A DNA stretch of 64,000 bases from the NCBI GenBank assembly GCA_963736115.1, contig CAVTNR010000014.1, positions 192,001 to 256,000 on the forward strand, read 5' to 3'. A program made the translations under genes and the position numbers. Source of the DNA: an uncultured bacterium. GTDB lineage: Bacteria; Zhuqueibacterota; QNDG01; DTFT01. Shown piece after piece: positions 1-10,000 of the stretch. A model generated the notes under the pieces. That model was not told the DNA's origin and did not search any database. It was given only the letters and a program-made list of their open reading frames with translations. Each line of letters begins with the position of its first letter. The first letter of the stretch is position 1.

Positions 1-1
1 T

Positions 2-3000
2 TCCGCGGTCCGGCTCCCGGAAGCATCGGGATTCACGATCGACACCTGGTTCCGCCCCGTGCTGACCCAGACCGGACGGAAAACCATTTTCCGTCTGGCT
101 CAGGGCGAACGCACGATTTTTGAACTGGGCATCAAGGACCTGACGGCCGCGAAGCGCGGCTTGTACGGCCTGACCATGCCGGTCGCGGGCGAGCCGGTCG
201 AGGTCGTTTCAGACACCGCGCACGCCATCCTGACTCCGGACTGGAACCATGCCGCCCTGGTGTTCAAATCGAACAACCGTCTGATTCTCTACGTCAACGG
301 CGATCCCGTGGATACCCTGGAAGTGGCCATCCCGATTCCGAACACCGGTATGACCGGCACGCTCGGCGCCGCGGACAGCGAGAACGGATTCGACGGTTTT
401 CTGGACGAATTCCGGATCTCCGGGGTTGCGCGGGATGCGTGGGAATTCAACGTCAGCACGGGCCGCATTCAACTGGCCGCGGAAAGCATCAACTTCGGGA
501 AGGTGCTGGTCCGTTACTCCCGGGTCCAGTACTTTGATATCCGGAACCGCGGCGCGGGCAAGCTCTGGGTGACGGGCATCAACGCCACCAATGCGCAGTT
601 CACGGTGTCGCCCTCCGTTTTTGCCATCGGACCCGGCGGCCGGGTGACGGTGCAGGTGCGGTTCTCGCCCCAGACCATGGGCGTCTTCAACGCGCTGATG
701 AATATCCAGTCCACAGACCCGGTCAACGGCGGACTGCGTTCCGTTCTGCTGACCGGTACCGGATACGAGCAGACCGCGGTCAGCCACTATGAGGTGGACG
801 GATACACCACCGGTCTCTGGCACATGGACTGGGTGAGGAGTGACACCGCGGTGACGGACACCTCGGCCAGCGGCATCACCGGATTTCTGCGCAGGCCCGG
901 CGTGTCCAGGAACATCCTTTTCCCGCGGTACGGCGCTTCCTCGCTGTATTTCGACGGAACCACGGGATGGATGGAACTGCCCTATCACGCGGCACTGGAC
1001 TTCGCCGCTTCGGCATTCACAATCGAGACCTGGTTCCGCGCCACTTCGCGTCCGGCAGAGGGCGATTATGACGTGCTCGTCCGGCGCGGCCGGAACGCCT
1101 CCTGTCAGTACGAAATCCTATACGGCGACAGCCTGAATCCCAGCCGGGGACTGGTGGCCCGGGTCTACAATGCCCAGGGTCAGCCGGTCGTTCTGTACGG
1201 GCCGCCGGATTCCACGATGAATGCCACCTACTACAATGTCGGCCTTTCGTGGGACCTCAACAAACTGCGGCTGTATCTGAACGGCGTGTGCGTGGATTCC
1301 ACGGCCCTGACCGGCGGCCTCCGGCCGTCCTCCGAATCCATGGCCGTGGGCGGCAATTACGGCCTCAATCACGGGTTCAACGGATATATCGATGAATTCC
1401 GGATTTCCTCAGTCGCCCGTCAGTACTGGGAGTTCAATGTGACCGGTCCCAAATTCTATTCGACCACCGCGGGCCTGTCTTTCAGTCAGATCCTGCTCGG
1501 TTTGTCCGAGACGGCGTCCTTCCAGATACTCAACACAGGCGACCAGCCTTTGAAGATCACGGCGATTCAGTGGAAACGGAACGTTTTCAGCGTGGAACCC
1601 CGGGTGTTTGAAATCCCGATGGGGGGAAGCCGGACCGTGTCCGTCACCTTCACGCCGACAGCGGCCGGGTCCCAGCCGGATACGCTGGTCCTTTCATGCA
1701 ACGATCCGTCCCTGCGCACCAAGACCATACCGATCGCCGCCACCGCGGTCGATTACCGCGCCAAGGTGCCGTATACGGCGGACGACCACACGCTGGCCCT
1801 GTACCATTTCAATGAAACCACGGGCGTGACGGTCAGCGACGCCAGCGCGAACGAGTTGACCGGAACGGCGGTGAACGGACCGGAACGGGTCGACGGCTAC
1901 TTCAAGCCTTCTTCCGCCGCCGACCTGGCGCTCCGTTTTAACGGGACGAATCAGCTCGTGTCCGTTCCCATGACCGACCAGGAAGATGAAACGGTCTTTC
2001 ATCCGGCGTCCGACAGCTACAGCGTTGAGTGCTTCTTCAGAACCGATACGATCGGGCAGGCGATCTTCTACATGGACGTGCAGAGCGGGACGGACCGGTG
2101 GGGCCTGTCCATCGACGACGCCGGGTTCCTGACCGTCACCGGATTCGGCACGGGCAATGGATGGGTGGCCGACAACGCCTGGCACCATGCCGCGTTCGTG
2201 TACGACCCGTCGGTCCTTCGCGGGACGCTCTACGTGGACGGGTCGATCCAGTTCCAGGGACCCTGGCTCGGTGGCGCGTCCGACACCCGAACGCTCCGCG
2301 CCCTGGTCATCGGCGCCCGGCCGACGGGCACCAACCAGTTCACGGATTATTTCGAGGGCTCCATCGACGAGCTCCGCATCTCGGACGTCGCGCGCAAGCC
2401 CTGGGAATTCCTGTTCGCCGGAAGCGGCATGGAATTGAGCGTCCAGGGCACGCCGGTCGCGGGATCCGGCCAGATCGTGGACGTGAACGTCGCCGCGGAC
2501 ACGGACGAGAAAACCATCACCCTCTTCTACCGGACCACGGGCGATTCCGTCTGGAGTTCGGTTCAGACCACGACGGCCGACCGCATGCGGTACCGGGCCA
2601 CGGTTCCGGCGGCTGCGGTCACCGCGTCCGGCCTGGAACTGTACGCCCGCAAGACCAAGGGGACTGTGTCGGTCACCCAGCCGGTCTTCGATCCGGTGAA
2701 CCGGCCCGTTTCCGTCGCCGTTCGTTTCCGGTCCCTGATTCCGGAAATCACGCTTCCGGCGAAGAAGTATTCGATGGTCTCCGTGCCCGGCAATCTGTCC
2801 CGTCCGTCGGTGCGCGACGTGCTGCGCGACGACCTCGGCGCCTACGACCCCTATGAATGGCGCATGTTCGCGTGGAAGGACACATCGTACATCGAGTATT
2901 CGGACACCCTGTCCGAGGCGGACAGCGCGTCCTTCAACTTCACGCCCGGACGCGCCTACTGGGTCATCACGTCCGCGGCGAAGACCTTTGACGTGGACAG

Positions 3001-4054
3001 CGGCCTGAGCGTGCCGGTGTCGCCCGCGAGACGGACGCTCCAGGCCCAGTGGAACATGGTCGGCTCTCCGTTCCCGTTCCCGGTGTCCTGGGACGACTGC
3101 GCCCTGTCCTCCGATGCGATCGGCACACTATACGCCTACGACGGCACCGGATACCGGCTGGACTGGCCGACCCTTGAACCTTGGAAGGGGTATTTCGTCT
3201 ATAACAATCGGACCGCGCCTTCGACGATTTATGTGCCGCCCCGGAAGGCCAAAGGCGGCCAGGCGCTGACCAAGCGCGGCGTTCTCCACGAACTGGCTGA
3301 TGGCGAGTGGATCCTGAAGCTTTCCGCCCAGACGCCCGACGCCAAGGACCTTGATAATTTCTTCGGCGTCCGCGCCTCGGCCGCCGAGACCTGGGACGGC
3401 ATGGACCGCGTCGAGCCGCCCCCGATCGGCGATTATGTTTCTCTGTACGCCACGCACGCCGACTGGTCCGAGAATCCGGGAGCGTACGCGGCCGACATCC
3501 GTCGGCCCGGAGCGCCCGGGTATGTCTGGGACCTGACTTTGGAAACCCGCCTGGCCGGACGGACCGTGGACCTCTCCTGGTCCGTGAGCCGGACCCTTCC
3601 GGAAGGGTGGGTGGCCTATCTCGTGGATGTGAACGAAGGCACGTCCGTCTGCCTCTCCGAGAAGGACGGCATCCGCGTGGAAACCGGCAAAACCGTGCCG
3701 AACGTGAGGCGTTTCCAGCTTCTCGCTGGAAGCCGCGAGTTCGTCGAATCGAGAAGCGAGGTTCCGCTGCAGCCCGTGGCGTTCGGCCTCTCCCAGAACT
3801 ACCCGAACCCGTTCAATCCCGTGACGTCGATCCGGTATTCGCTCCCGAAGAACGGCCGCGTCCGGCTCACCGTGTACAACCTGATGGGCCAGCGGGTGAA
3901 GGTGCTGATCGACCGGGAGGAGAAGACGGGCAGCCATGAAGAGATGTGGGACGGAACCGACGACCGCGGACTTCGCGCGGCCAGCGGCATCTATCTCTAC
4001 CGGCTTGAATTCCTGGACAAGGTCGCGGTCCGGAAACTGGTCTTTGTGAAATGA
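2..4054 (+). CDS. Large secreted multidomain protein, 5'-truncated: LamG/Ig-like alternating repeats, C-terminal FlgD-Ig/T9SS-type sorting domain
   Basis: Frame is open from base 2 (GFTIDTWFRP). It has three LamG ends (DEFRIS..ARxxWEF) and two Ig-like modules (NFG..IRNRG..STDP; NTGDQPL..CNDP). C-terminus is QNYPNPFNP..WDG..ASGIYLYRL..RKLVFVK. Confidence 0.85.
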   Translation, partial: SAVRLPEASGFTIDTWFRPVLTQTGRKTIFRLAQGERTIFELGIKDLTAAKRGLYGLTMPVAGEPVEVVSDTAHAILTPDWNHAALVFKSNNRLILYVNGDPVDTLEVAIPIPNTGMTGTLGAADSENGFDGFLDEFRISGVARDAWEFNVSTGRIQLAAESINFGKVLVRYSRVQYFDIRNRGAGKLWVTGINATNAQFTVSPSVFAIGPGGRVTVQVRFSPQTMGVFNALMNIQSTDPVNGGLRSVLLTGTGYEQTAVSHYEVDGYTTGLWHMDWVRSDTAVTDTSASGITGFLRRPGVSRNILFPRYGASSLYFDGTTGWMELPYHAALDFAASAFTIETWFRATSRPAEGDYDVLVRRGRNASCQYEILYGDSLNPSRGLVARVYNAQGQPVVLYGPPDSTMNATYYNVGLSWDLNKLRLYLNGVCVDSTALTGGLRPSSESMAVGGNYGLNHGFNGYIDEFRISSVARQYWEFNVTGPKFYSTTAGLSFSQILLGLSETASFQILNTGDQPLKITAIQWKRNVFSVEPRVFEIPMGGSRTVSVTFTPTAAGSQPDTLVLSCNDPSLRTKTIPIAATAVDYRAKVPYTADDHTLALYHFNETTGVTVSDASANELTGTAVNGPERVDGYFKPSSAADLALRFNGTNQLVSVPMTDQEDETVFHPASDSYSVECFFRTDTIGQAIFYMDVQSGTDRWGLSIDDAGFLTVTGFGTGNGWVADNAWHHAAFVYDPSVLRGTLYVDGSIQFQGPWLGGASDTRTLRALVIGARPTGTNQFTDYFEGSIDELRISDVARKPWEFLFAGSGMELSVQGTPVAGSGQIVDVNVAADTDEKTITLFYRTTGDSVWSSVQTTTADRMRYRATVPAAAVTASGLELYARKTKGTVSVTQPVFDPVNRPVSVAVRFRSLIPEITLPAKKYSMVSVPGNLSRPSVRDVLRDDLGAYDPYEWRMFAWKDTSYIEYSDTLSEADSASFNFTPGRAYWVITSAAKTFDVDSGLSVPVSPARRTLQAQWNMVGSPFPFPVSWDDCALSSDAIGTLYAYDGTGYRLDWPTLEPWKGYFVYNNRTAPSTIYVPPRKAKGGQALTKRGVLHELADGEWILKLSAQTPDAKDLDNFFGVRASAAETWDGMDRVEPPPIGDYVSLYATHADWSENPGAYAADIRRPGAPGYVWDLTLETRLAGRTVDLSWSVSRTLPEGWVAYLVDVNEGTSVCLSEKDGIRVETGKTVPNVRRFQLLAGSREFVESRSEVPLQPVAFGLSQNYPNPFNPVTSIRYSLPKNGRVRLTVYNLMGQRVKVLIDREEKTGSHEEMWDGTDDRGLRAASGIYLYRLEFLDKVAVRKLVFVK

Positions 4055-4089
4055 CCAACGGCCGTCACCCTGTCTCGAAGGGGATTCCC

Positions 4090-5256
4090 ATGATCAAACA
4101 CAGAACCATGCGGATGTTCGGACTGCTGATGCTTCCGGCGCTGGCGGCGGCCCAATGGGCCCCGCCGCCGGCCGGCCCGCGGGGCGGATTCGTGAATACG
4201 GGCCTGTCCTACCAGCAGTGGTCATTCGAGGACGTGGACGAGGGCCTGCAGGAAGTCTGCGCGCCGACCACCGCCTACATCCCGGTGCGGCCGGACCTGT
4301 CGCTTACCATTTCAGGAACGCCGGGCTCGGCGTCCTGGGATCAACTCAAGCTGAGCGGCATGTCGGACACCTGGATCCGGGGGACCTACCGCGTCCCCGG
4401 CGGGCGAACCATGCTGCACGCGGGCCTGGGCCTTCCGACCGGTAAAACGAAGCTCAAGATCGCAGCCGATTCGCTGGGCATGGAGGAGTTCGATCTCTCC
4501 CGCATCATCGGTCAGAACATCTTCCGTTTCCGGCTTCCCGTTTTCGGCCAGGGTCTGGCCGCGAAAATCGGGGCGGGGGCCGCGTTTCCCGCAGGCGAGA
4601 ACGTGGTGATCGGCGCGGGCGCGCATTACATCTACCATGGTTCTTTCGAGCCGGTGGACGCCGACTCATTCGACTACCAGGCGGGCGGGGAAGCGGCCCT
4701 GTTCGGCGGCGTGGACGTGCAGGTCTCGCCGACCGCGAAATGGTCCGTGAACCTCAGCTATACCCTCTACGGCCGGGATAAATTGAACGATGAAACCGTG
4801 TATGCCTCCGGCGAAAAACTGCTGATCAACAGCTCCTTTACGGGGAAGCTGGGACCCGGCACCCTGACCGCCTGGCTCAACTGGCGTCAGAAGGGTAAAA
4901 ACGAATACTGGATCCATACCGGGACACAGACCGAGAGGCAGACGGAAAAGAAGAATTCCAACGGACCGCAGACCGAACTGGACGCGGCCTGGCGCATCCC
5001 GTGGCGCCCGCAGGCGGCGTTCTCCATTCTCGCTACCGGGCGTTTCTACGGCCAGAATGACTACCGCACCGGAGGGGCCGACGTTTACGGCGCCGGAGCG
5101 GGCGTGGACGCCCGGGTGTCTTCACAGCTCTCGGTTTCCCTGAGCCTGATCGGGCTCACGGGCAAGACGAAGGACTGGAGCGAGGCGGCAGAGAAAACGG
5201 TCCGGACCGGACTGACCAGTTTCGATCTCCTGGCCGGAATGACGTACGGATGGTAA
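4090..5256 (+). CDS. Putative outer-membrane beta-barrel protein (copy 1); alternative start 4051 overlaps the upstream stop (ATGA)
   Basis: Signal peptide (..LPALAAA|Q), amphipathic beta strands, SDTW..G and GLGLPTG motifs, C-terminal aromatic residue (GMTYGW). Confidence 0.7.
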   Translation: MIKHRTMRMFGLLMLPALAAAQWAPPPAGPRGGFVNTGLSYQQWSFEDVDEGLQEVCAPTTAYIPVRPDLSLTISGTPGSASWDQLKLSGMSDTWIRGTYRVPGGRTMLHAGLGLPTGKTKLKIAADSLGMEEFDLSRIIGQNIFRFRLPVFGQGLAAKIGAGAAFPAGENVVIGAGAHYIYHGSFEPVDADSFDYQAGGEAALFGGVDVQVSPTAKWSVNLSYTLYGRDKLNDETVYASGEKLLINSSFTGKLGPGTLTAWLNWRQKGKNEYWIHTGTQTERQTEKKNSNGPQTELDAAWRIPWRPQAAFSILATGRFYGQNDYRTGGADVYGAGAGVDARVSSQLSVSLSLIGLTGKTKDWSEAAEKTVRTGLTSFDLLAGMTYGW

Positions 5257-5276
5257 TCGGGCTTTAGGAGGAACCG

Positions 5277-6650
5277 TTGATGAAAGGGAGAATGCTGGCC
5301 GCGCTCGGCGCGCTTATTCTGTTCAGCGGCTGTGCCGCTTCCCGGCACGGGCTCGCGGAAGGCCAGTTGAAGCGCGGGGAGTACGTCCAGGCGCTGCGGT
5401 CCTATCTGAGAGGACTGGAACCGCATGCCCGGGACGGAAAGCGGTTCATCTACTACGAGCGCGAGGCGGTCACAGGCCTGGGCGTGACGTACTGGAATAT
5501 GGAACGGTACGAAACGGCTCTGAAGATTCTCCGGCTGGTCGCGGAGAAGGATCCGGATTACGGAAAGGCCTATTTCTACATGGGCCTGGCCTACGAGAGT
5601 CTCGGAGACGAGGCCAACGCCATCGCCATGTACCGCCAGTACACGAAAATCGACCCGGGGGATCCCTTCCGGCAGGCTCTGGCCGGCCGTTATGATTTCC
5701 TGGCCAAGCGTAAGATCACACATGATATCGAGACGGCGCTGAAAGACGAAGGACGGCTGGACGCCTCCTCGACTCCGGAACGCAGCGTGGCGGTTCTCAC
5801 ATTCCTCAACCTCGGAGACAACCGGGAGTGGGAGCCGCTGCAGAAGGGGCTCGCGGACATGGTGACCCGGGATCTGTCCCGGGTGGAGGGGCTGACCGTC
5901 GTGGACCGGACGAAACTGGATCAGATCCTCTACGAGCTCGGCCTGAATGCGTCGAGTCTCGGGGATTCGGCGGCCGCGAGGCGTGCGGGCATGCTCGCCG
6001 GGGCCCGGTATCTGGTCAAGGGATCCTTTCTGGTCATGCCGGATCTGAAGATGACGCTGGACGCCGGGGTTCATCCCTTTCAGAAGGCGAACCAGCCCAC
6101 GACTTTCAGCGAAGACGGAAACCTTTCCACGATGTTTCAGATGGAGAAGCAGATCGTCCTGAGGATCGTGGATTATTTCGGCATTACGCTGACCACCCGG
6201 CAGAAAGAGGCCGTGCTGGAGATTCCCACGGAGAACGTGTCGGCCTTCCTGCATTACTGCCGCGGCCTGGACGCCCAGGACCAGGACGACTACCGGTCCG
6301 CGGTCGCGTATTTCCGGCAGGCGGTGCGGGAGGATCCCGATTTCCGGATGGCCCGGGACTGGCTCATCGTCCGGGAGCTCTGGGACGCGACGCATGCGCA
6401 GAACCTGCGCCGGGTGGACCGAGACGTCGCTTTTCTGACACGGCGGGGCGCGCGGGCGCGTCTGTCGGCGGACAATCAGCCGGAACTTTTCTCCACGTCC
6501 GGCCGTCTTCAGTGGATGAGCCTGAGGCAGAACGCCGGTTTTCTGCCGGGCACCGATTCAAGAAAATCCTTCCAGGAAGCGGGCCTGTCCGGGGCGTCCC
6601 TCCTCCCGCAGAGGCTGGGAGAGCCCCCGGTTCCGCCTCCGGCCCGGTAG
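5277..6650 (+). CDS. Lipoprotein with TPR repeats and a central CsgG/HfaB(TolB_N)-like domain
   Basis: Lipobox LFSGC; TPRs (AYFYMGLAYESLGD); VAVLTF..GLADMVTRDL..LTVVDR..LDQILYEL..AGARYLVKGSF; Pro-rich tail; RBS aggagg. Confidence 0.8.
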   Translation: MMKGRMLAALGALILFSGCAASRHGLAEGQLKRGEYVQALRSYLRGLEPHARDGKRFIYYEREAVTGLGVTYWNMERYETALKILRLVAEKDPDYGKAYFYMGLAYESLGDEANAIAMYRQYTKIDPGDPFRQALAGRYDFLAKRKITHDIETALKDEGRLDASSTPERSVAVLTFLNLGDNREWEPLQKGLADMVTRDLSRVEGLTVVDRTKLDQILYELGLNASSLGDSAAARRAGMLAGARYLVKGSFLVMPDLKMTLDAGVHPFQKANQPTTFSEDGNLSTMFQMEKQIVLRIVDYFGITLTTRQKEAVLEIPTENVSAFLHYCRGLDAQDQDDYRSAVAYFRQAVREDPDFRMARDWLIVRELWDATHAQNLRRVDRDVAFLTRRGARARLSADNQPELFSTSGRLQWMSLRQNAGFLPGTDSRKSFQEAGLSGASLLPQRLGEPPVPPPAR

Positions 6651-6724
6651 GCGGCACGGAGACGGGCCGGCTGCCGCGCCTGAACACGGCCGGCCGCGCG
6701 CCGGACGGCTTTTGACGCATTTAT

Positions 6725-6985
6725 GATTGAAGCTCCCCGCGGCCCCGCTTTGCGGGACCAAGCAATTAGATTTATAAATTATTGAAGACAAGCCGCGGGC
6801 CTTCAATAATGTACTAAATAGGGTAGCATGGTGCCGCCTTGCGGCGAATCTTCAATCGGTATTGCTGTATTGTACAAAATATATTATATTCGCTCGCTTA
6901 CCCCGCCGCCCGCTTCGCGGGATCAAGCTACTTGATGTCTTCTGGTTGAAGACAAGCGGCGGGAATACGCGAGCGATCAGATTCA
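6725..6985. repeat. REP/MITE-like palindromic element, copy A, with two nested ~45-bp inserts (6744-6789, 6910-6953)
   Basis: Shares GATTGAAGCT..GAATCTTC..TATATTCGCTCGCTTACCCCG..CAGATTCA with 46848-46977. The inserts also recur at 44594-44682. Confidence 0.8.
6862..6890 (+). promoter_or_regulatory. Putative sigma70 promoter for the 7060 gene
   Basis: TTGCTG-17bp-TATATT; the same -10 hexamer occurs with 17-bp spacing at 41835 and 58630. Confidence 0.45.
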
Positions 6986-7059
6986 CCCGATCCGTCCCGG
7001 ATCGTTTCAGTCACCGGAGGGGCGGATCCACGCAACGGGACTCGAGGAGAAACTGCACG

Positions 7060-10000
7060 ATGCGAAAATGGATCGTTCTCGGATGTCTGTTCGGATCGAT
7101 CGGATGGGCGGCCGCGCAGCCAGCGGCCAACGTCAGCCGTCTCGGGCGATGGGCACTCGGACAGTGTGAAGTCGTCCACCGGCGGGCGGGATTCCTGTTC
7201 GTCAGCAGCGGCCCGATGCTCGAGGTGTATCAGAACAAGCACGGAGAATACACGAAATCCGACAGCATTCTGATGCCCGGGCTCGTCAAGGGCGTGTGGG
7301 TGAAGAATACACTCAGCCACGCGTACATTGCATGCGGCGACGCCGGACTCCGGGTGGTCTCGTTTGACGCCGTGGACGGCCGTTTCGGCGATGTCGTGGG
7401 AAGTCTCGACACGCCGGGCTCGGCTGAAGGCGTGATGCAGTATGGGAACACGGCCTATATCGCGGACGGGCCCGGCGGCCTGGCCGTCGTCGACGTATCC
7501 GATCCCGCGCAGCCCACTCTGCGGGGCACGCAGGCCACCGCCGGCGCCGCCCGGGGCGTGTGGGTGGTCGCGAATACGCCGGCCATCGACAACACCATGG
7601 TGCTCGTGGCCGCCGATTCGGCCGGGCTCTATTCCGTAAACGTCACCAATCCCACGGCTCCGGCGGTCTATGACCGTCTGGCCTTCAATACGGTTTACCC
7701 GGGCTTCCAGGTCCCGGCCCCCCGTGCGATCCAGGTCACCGTGATCGACACCGTGGCCTATGTCGCGACCGGCTACGGCAGCCTGCGCACAGTGGATATC
7801 CGGAATCCGCGCCTGATGACCCAGATGGGCGTGTGGATGAACAGCCCCTACACCGAAGTGCTCGGAATGGACGTCACCTGGGAAACCGTCGGGGGAAAAC
7901 CGGCTCCGCAGTACGCCTACCTGGCCACCGGCGCCAAAGGCGTGTTCTGCCCGATCAATATTCAGAATCCCAGGGATCTCAAGGGCCCGCCCTATCAGAA
8001 TGTGGACACGCGCGGCACAACGACGCGCATCGTCGTTTCCACGGAGGCGGATTCGCTTTTCATCGGAAGCGCGCTGATGCGTTTCAAGGCAGGAGAACTG
8101 CTCTTCGTGTCCGACCGGGAAAACGGGCTCCTTTTCATCGACGCCCGTGAAAGCTATCAGCCGTCCGTGATCGATTCGATCCGGACCGGCGGAGATGTCT
8201 GCCGGGACGCCGATTGGTCCGGCCGGTACGCCTATGTCGCGGCGGGATGGGCCGGCGTCAAGATCGTGGACACAACCGGAACCGCGGCAGACCCCGACAC
8301 CGACCGTCTGCCCCTGAGGGGCACGATTGACACCGGCGGTCAGGCCAGGGGGCTCCGGGTGGTCGGTTCCAGGCTGTATGTCGCCAACGGCGTGAAGGGT
8401 CTGGGGATCTACAGCATCAGCGATCCGGTGAATCCGGCACTGTCCGGCCGGTTCACGGCCGTCACGGACACCGTTCACCGGGTCGATCTGCTTTCCGGTT
8501 CCTATGCATTTCTCGCAGCGGGCCGGGACGGTATCCGGATCGTGGACATCAGCGGGAGCATTTTCGAAACGGGCCAGAGCCCGCTCCGGACGGCCGGACC
8601 GGCTCTAGATGTGAAGATACGCGGTTCGAAGGCTTACGTCGCGACACCCGGCGCTGTATATGTATACGCGCTGACCCAGTCGGGCGGAGCCCTGACCGGC
8701 GTTTCTCTGACCGACTCCCTGACGGCGGGCGCCGCGCTGCCGATGGACGCCCGCGCATTGGACGTCATCGGCGACTCGGTTTTCGTCGCGAACGGCAGGC
8801 ACGGCCTGATCCTCTGGAAAACCTCGAACGACGCCGTTCTCGTTAAAAATGTCGGCGGCACGGTCACCGGCATCACGGTCCGGGAGAAGACACTGTACGT
8901 CAGCGATGCGGTCAACGGGTTTCGCATCTACGACGCGTCCACCGCGGGGGAAATCAAGGAAGTCGGGTATTATCGGACTTTGGGCGAAGCACTGGGACTC
9001 GGCATCTCCGACTCGGACGGAAAGGCTGTCATGGCCGACGGTCGGTACGGATTCTGGCTGTTCCGAAGCCGCATCAGCCCGGCCATCACCATCACGCCGA
9101 CGACCCTGAATTTCGGGCTCGTTCCGCCGGATTATTCCCGCTCACTCACCGCCCTGATCCGGAACACCGGCACATCGATCCTGAAGGTGACGAATATCCA
9201 GAGCAAGCGCACCACGTATTCATTCTCCGCCACGCGTTTTGAAATCGCAGCCGGCGACACCTTCCGGCTTGTCATCCGTTTTGCGCCGTCCTATGACACC
9301 TGGCCGTTCCGTCAGGACGACCGCATCGAGATCAGCACCAACGATCCGTCCAACCTGACGGCCTATATCAACCTGCAGGCCGAGGTCACCGCCCTGGTGA
9401 CGGAAGGCCCCTATACGCCGGACGATTTCACGGTCGGACTCTGGCATTTCGACGAGGCCGACGGTGTTCTCACGGCCGCGGACGGCTCGGGCAACAGCCT
9501 GCACGGCCAGCTGGCCGGAACGCCCTTCCGGGAAAACTCGGCCCGTTCCGGTTACGGCCGCCAGATCGGCTTCGACTCGGAAACCGACCGGGTTCTCGTT
9601 CCGCAGAATCCGCTCTTTAACTTCAGCGAGAAATCTTTCACGGCCGAATGCTGGTTCAGCATGGACGCGCTTCCCACGGATCACTATGTCCTGATCCGGC
9701 ACGGAAGCGAAACCCAGGCGCAGTTCGAACTGGCACTGGGGTCGGGCGACGTGGGGCTCATCGGCCGTGTCTGGGACAGCTCCGGCGCGCGCACCCTGAC
9801 CTCCGGATCCATTGACCTGTTCAATGTCAATCAGTGGTATCACGCGGCCCTGACCTGGAACGGCGATTCGTTGAAACTGTACCTGAACGGCGTCCAGAAG
9901 GCCGGCCTGCGGGTCCGGAACCGGCTGAAATTCGTGGCCACCGAACCGCTGGCCATCGGCGCCAACCAGTACGGAACGGCCGTGTTCCGGGGGCGCATGG

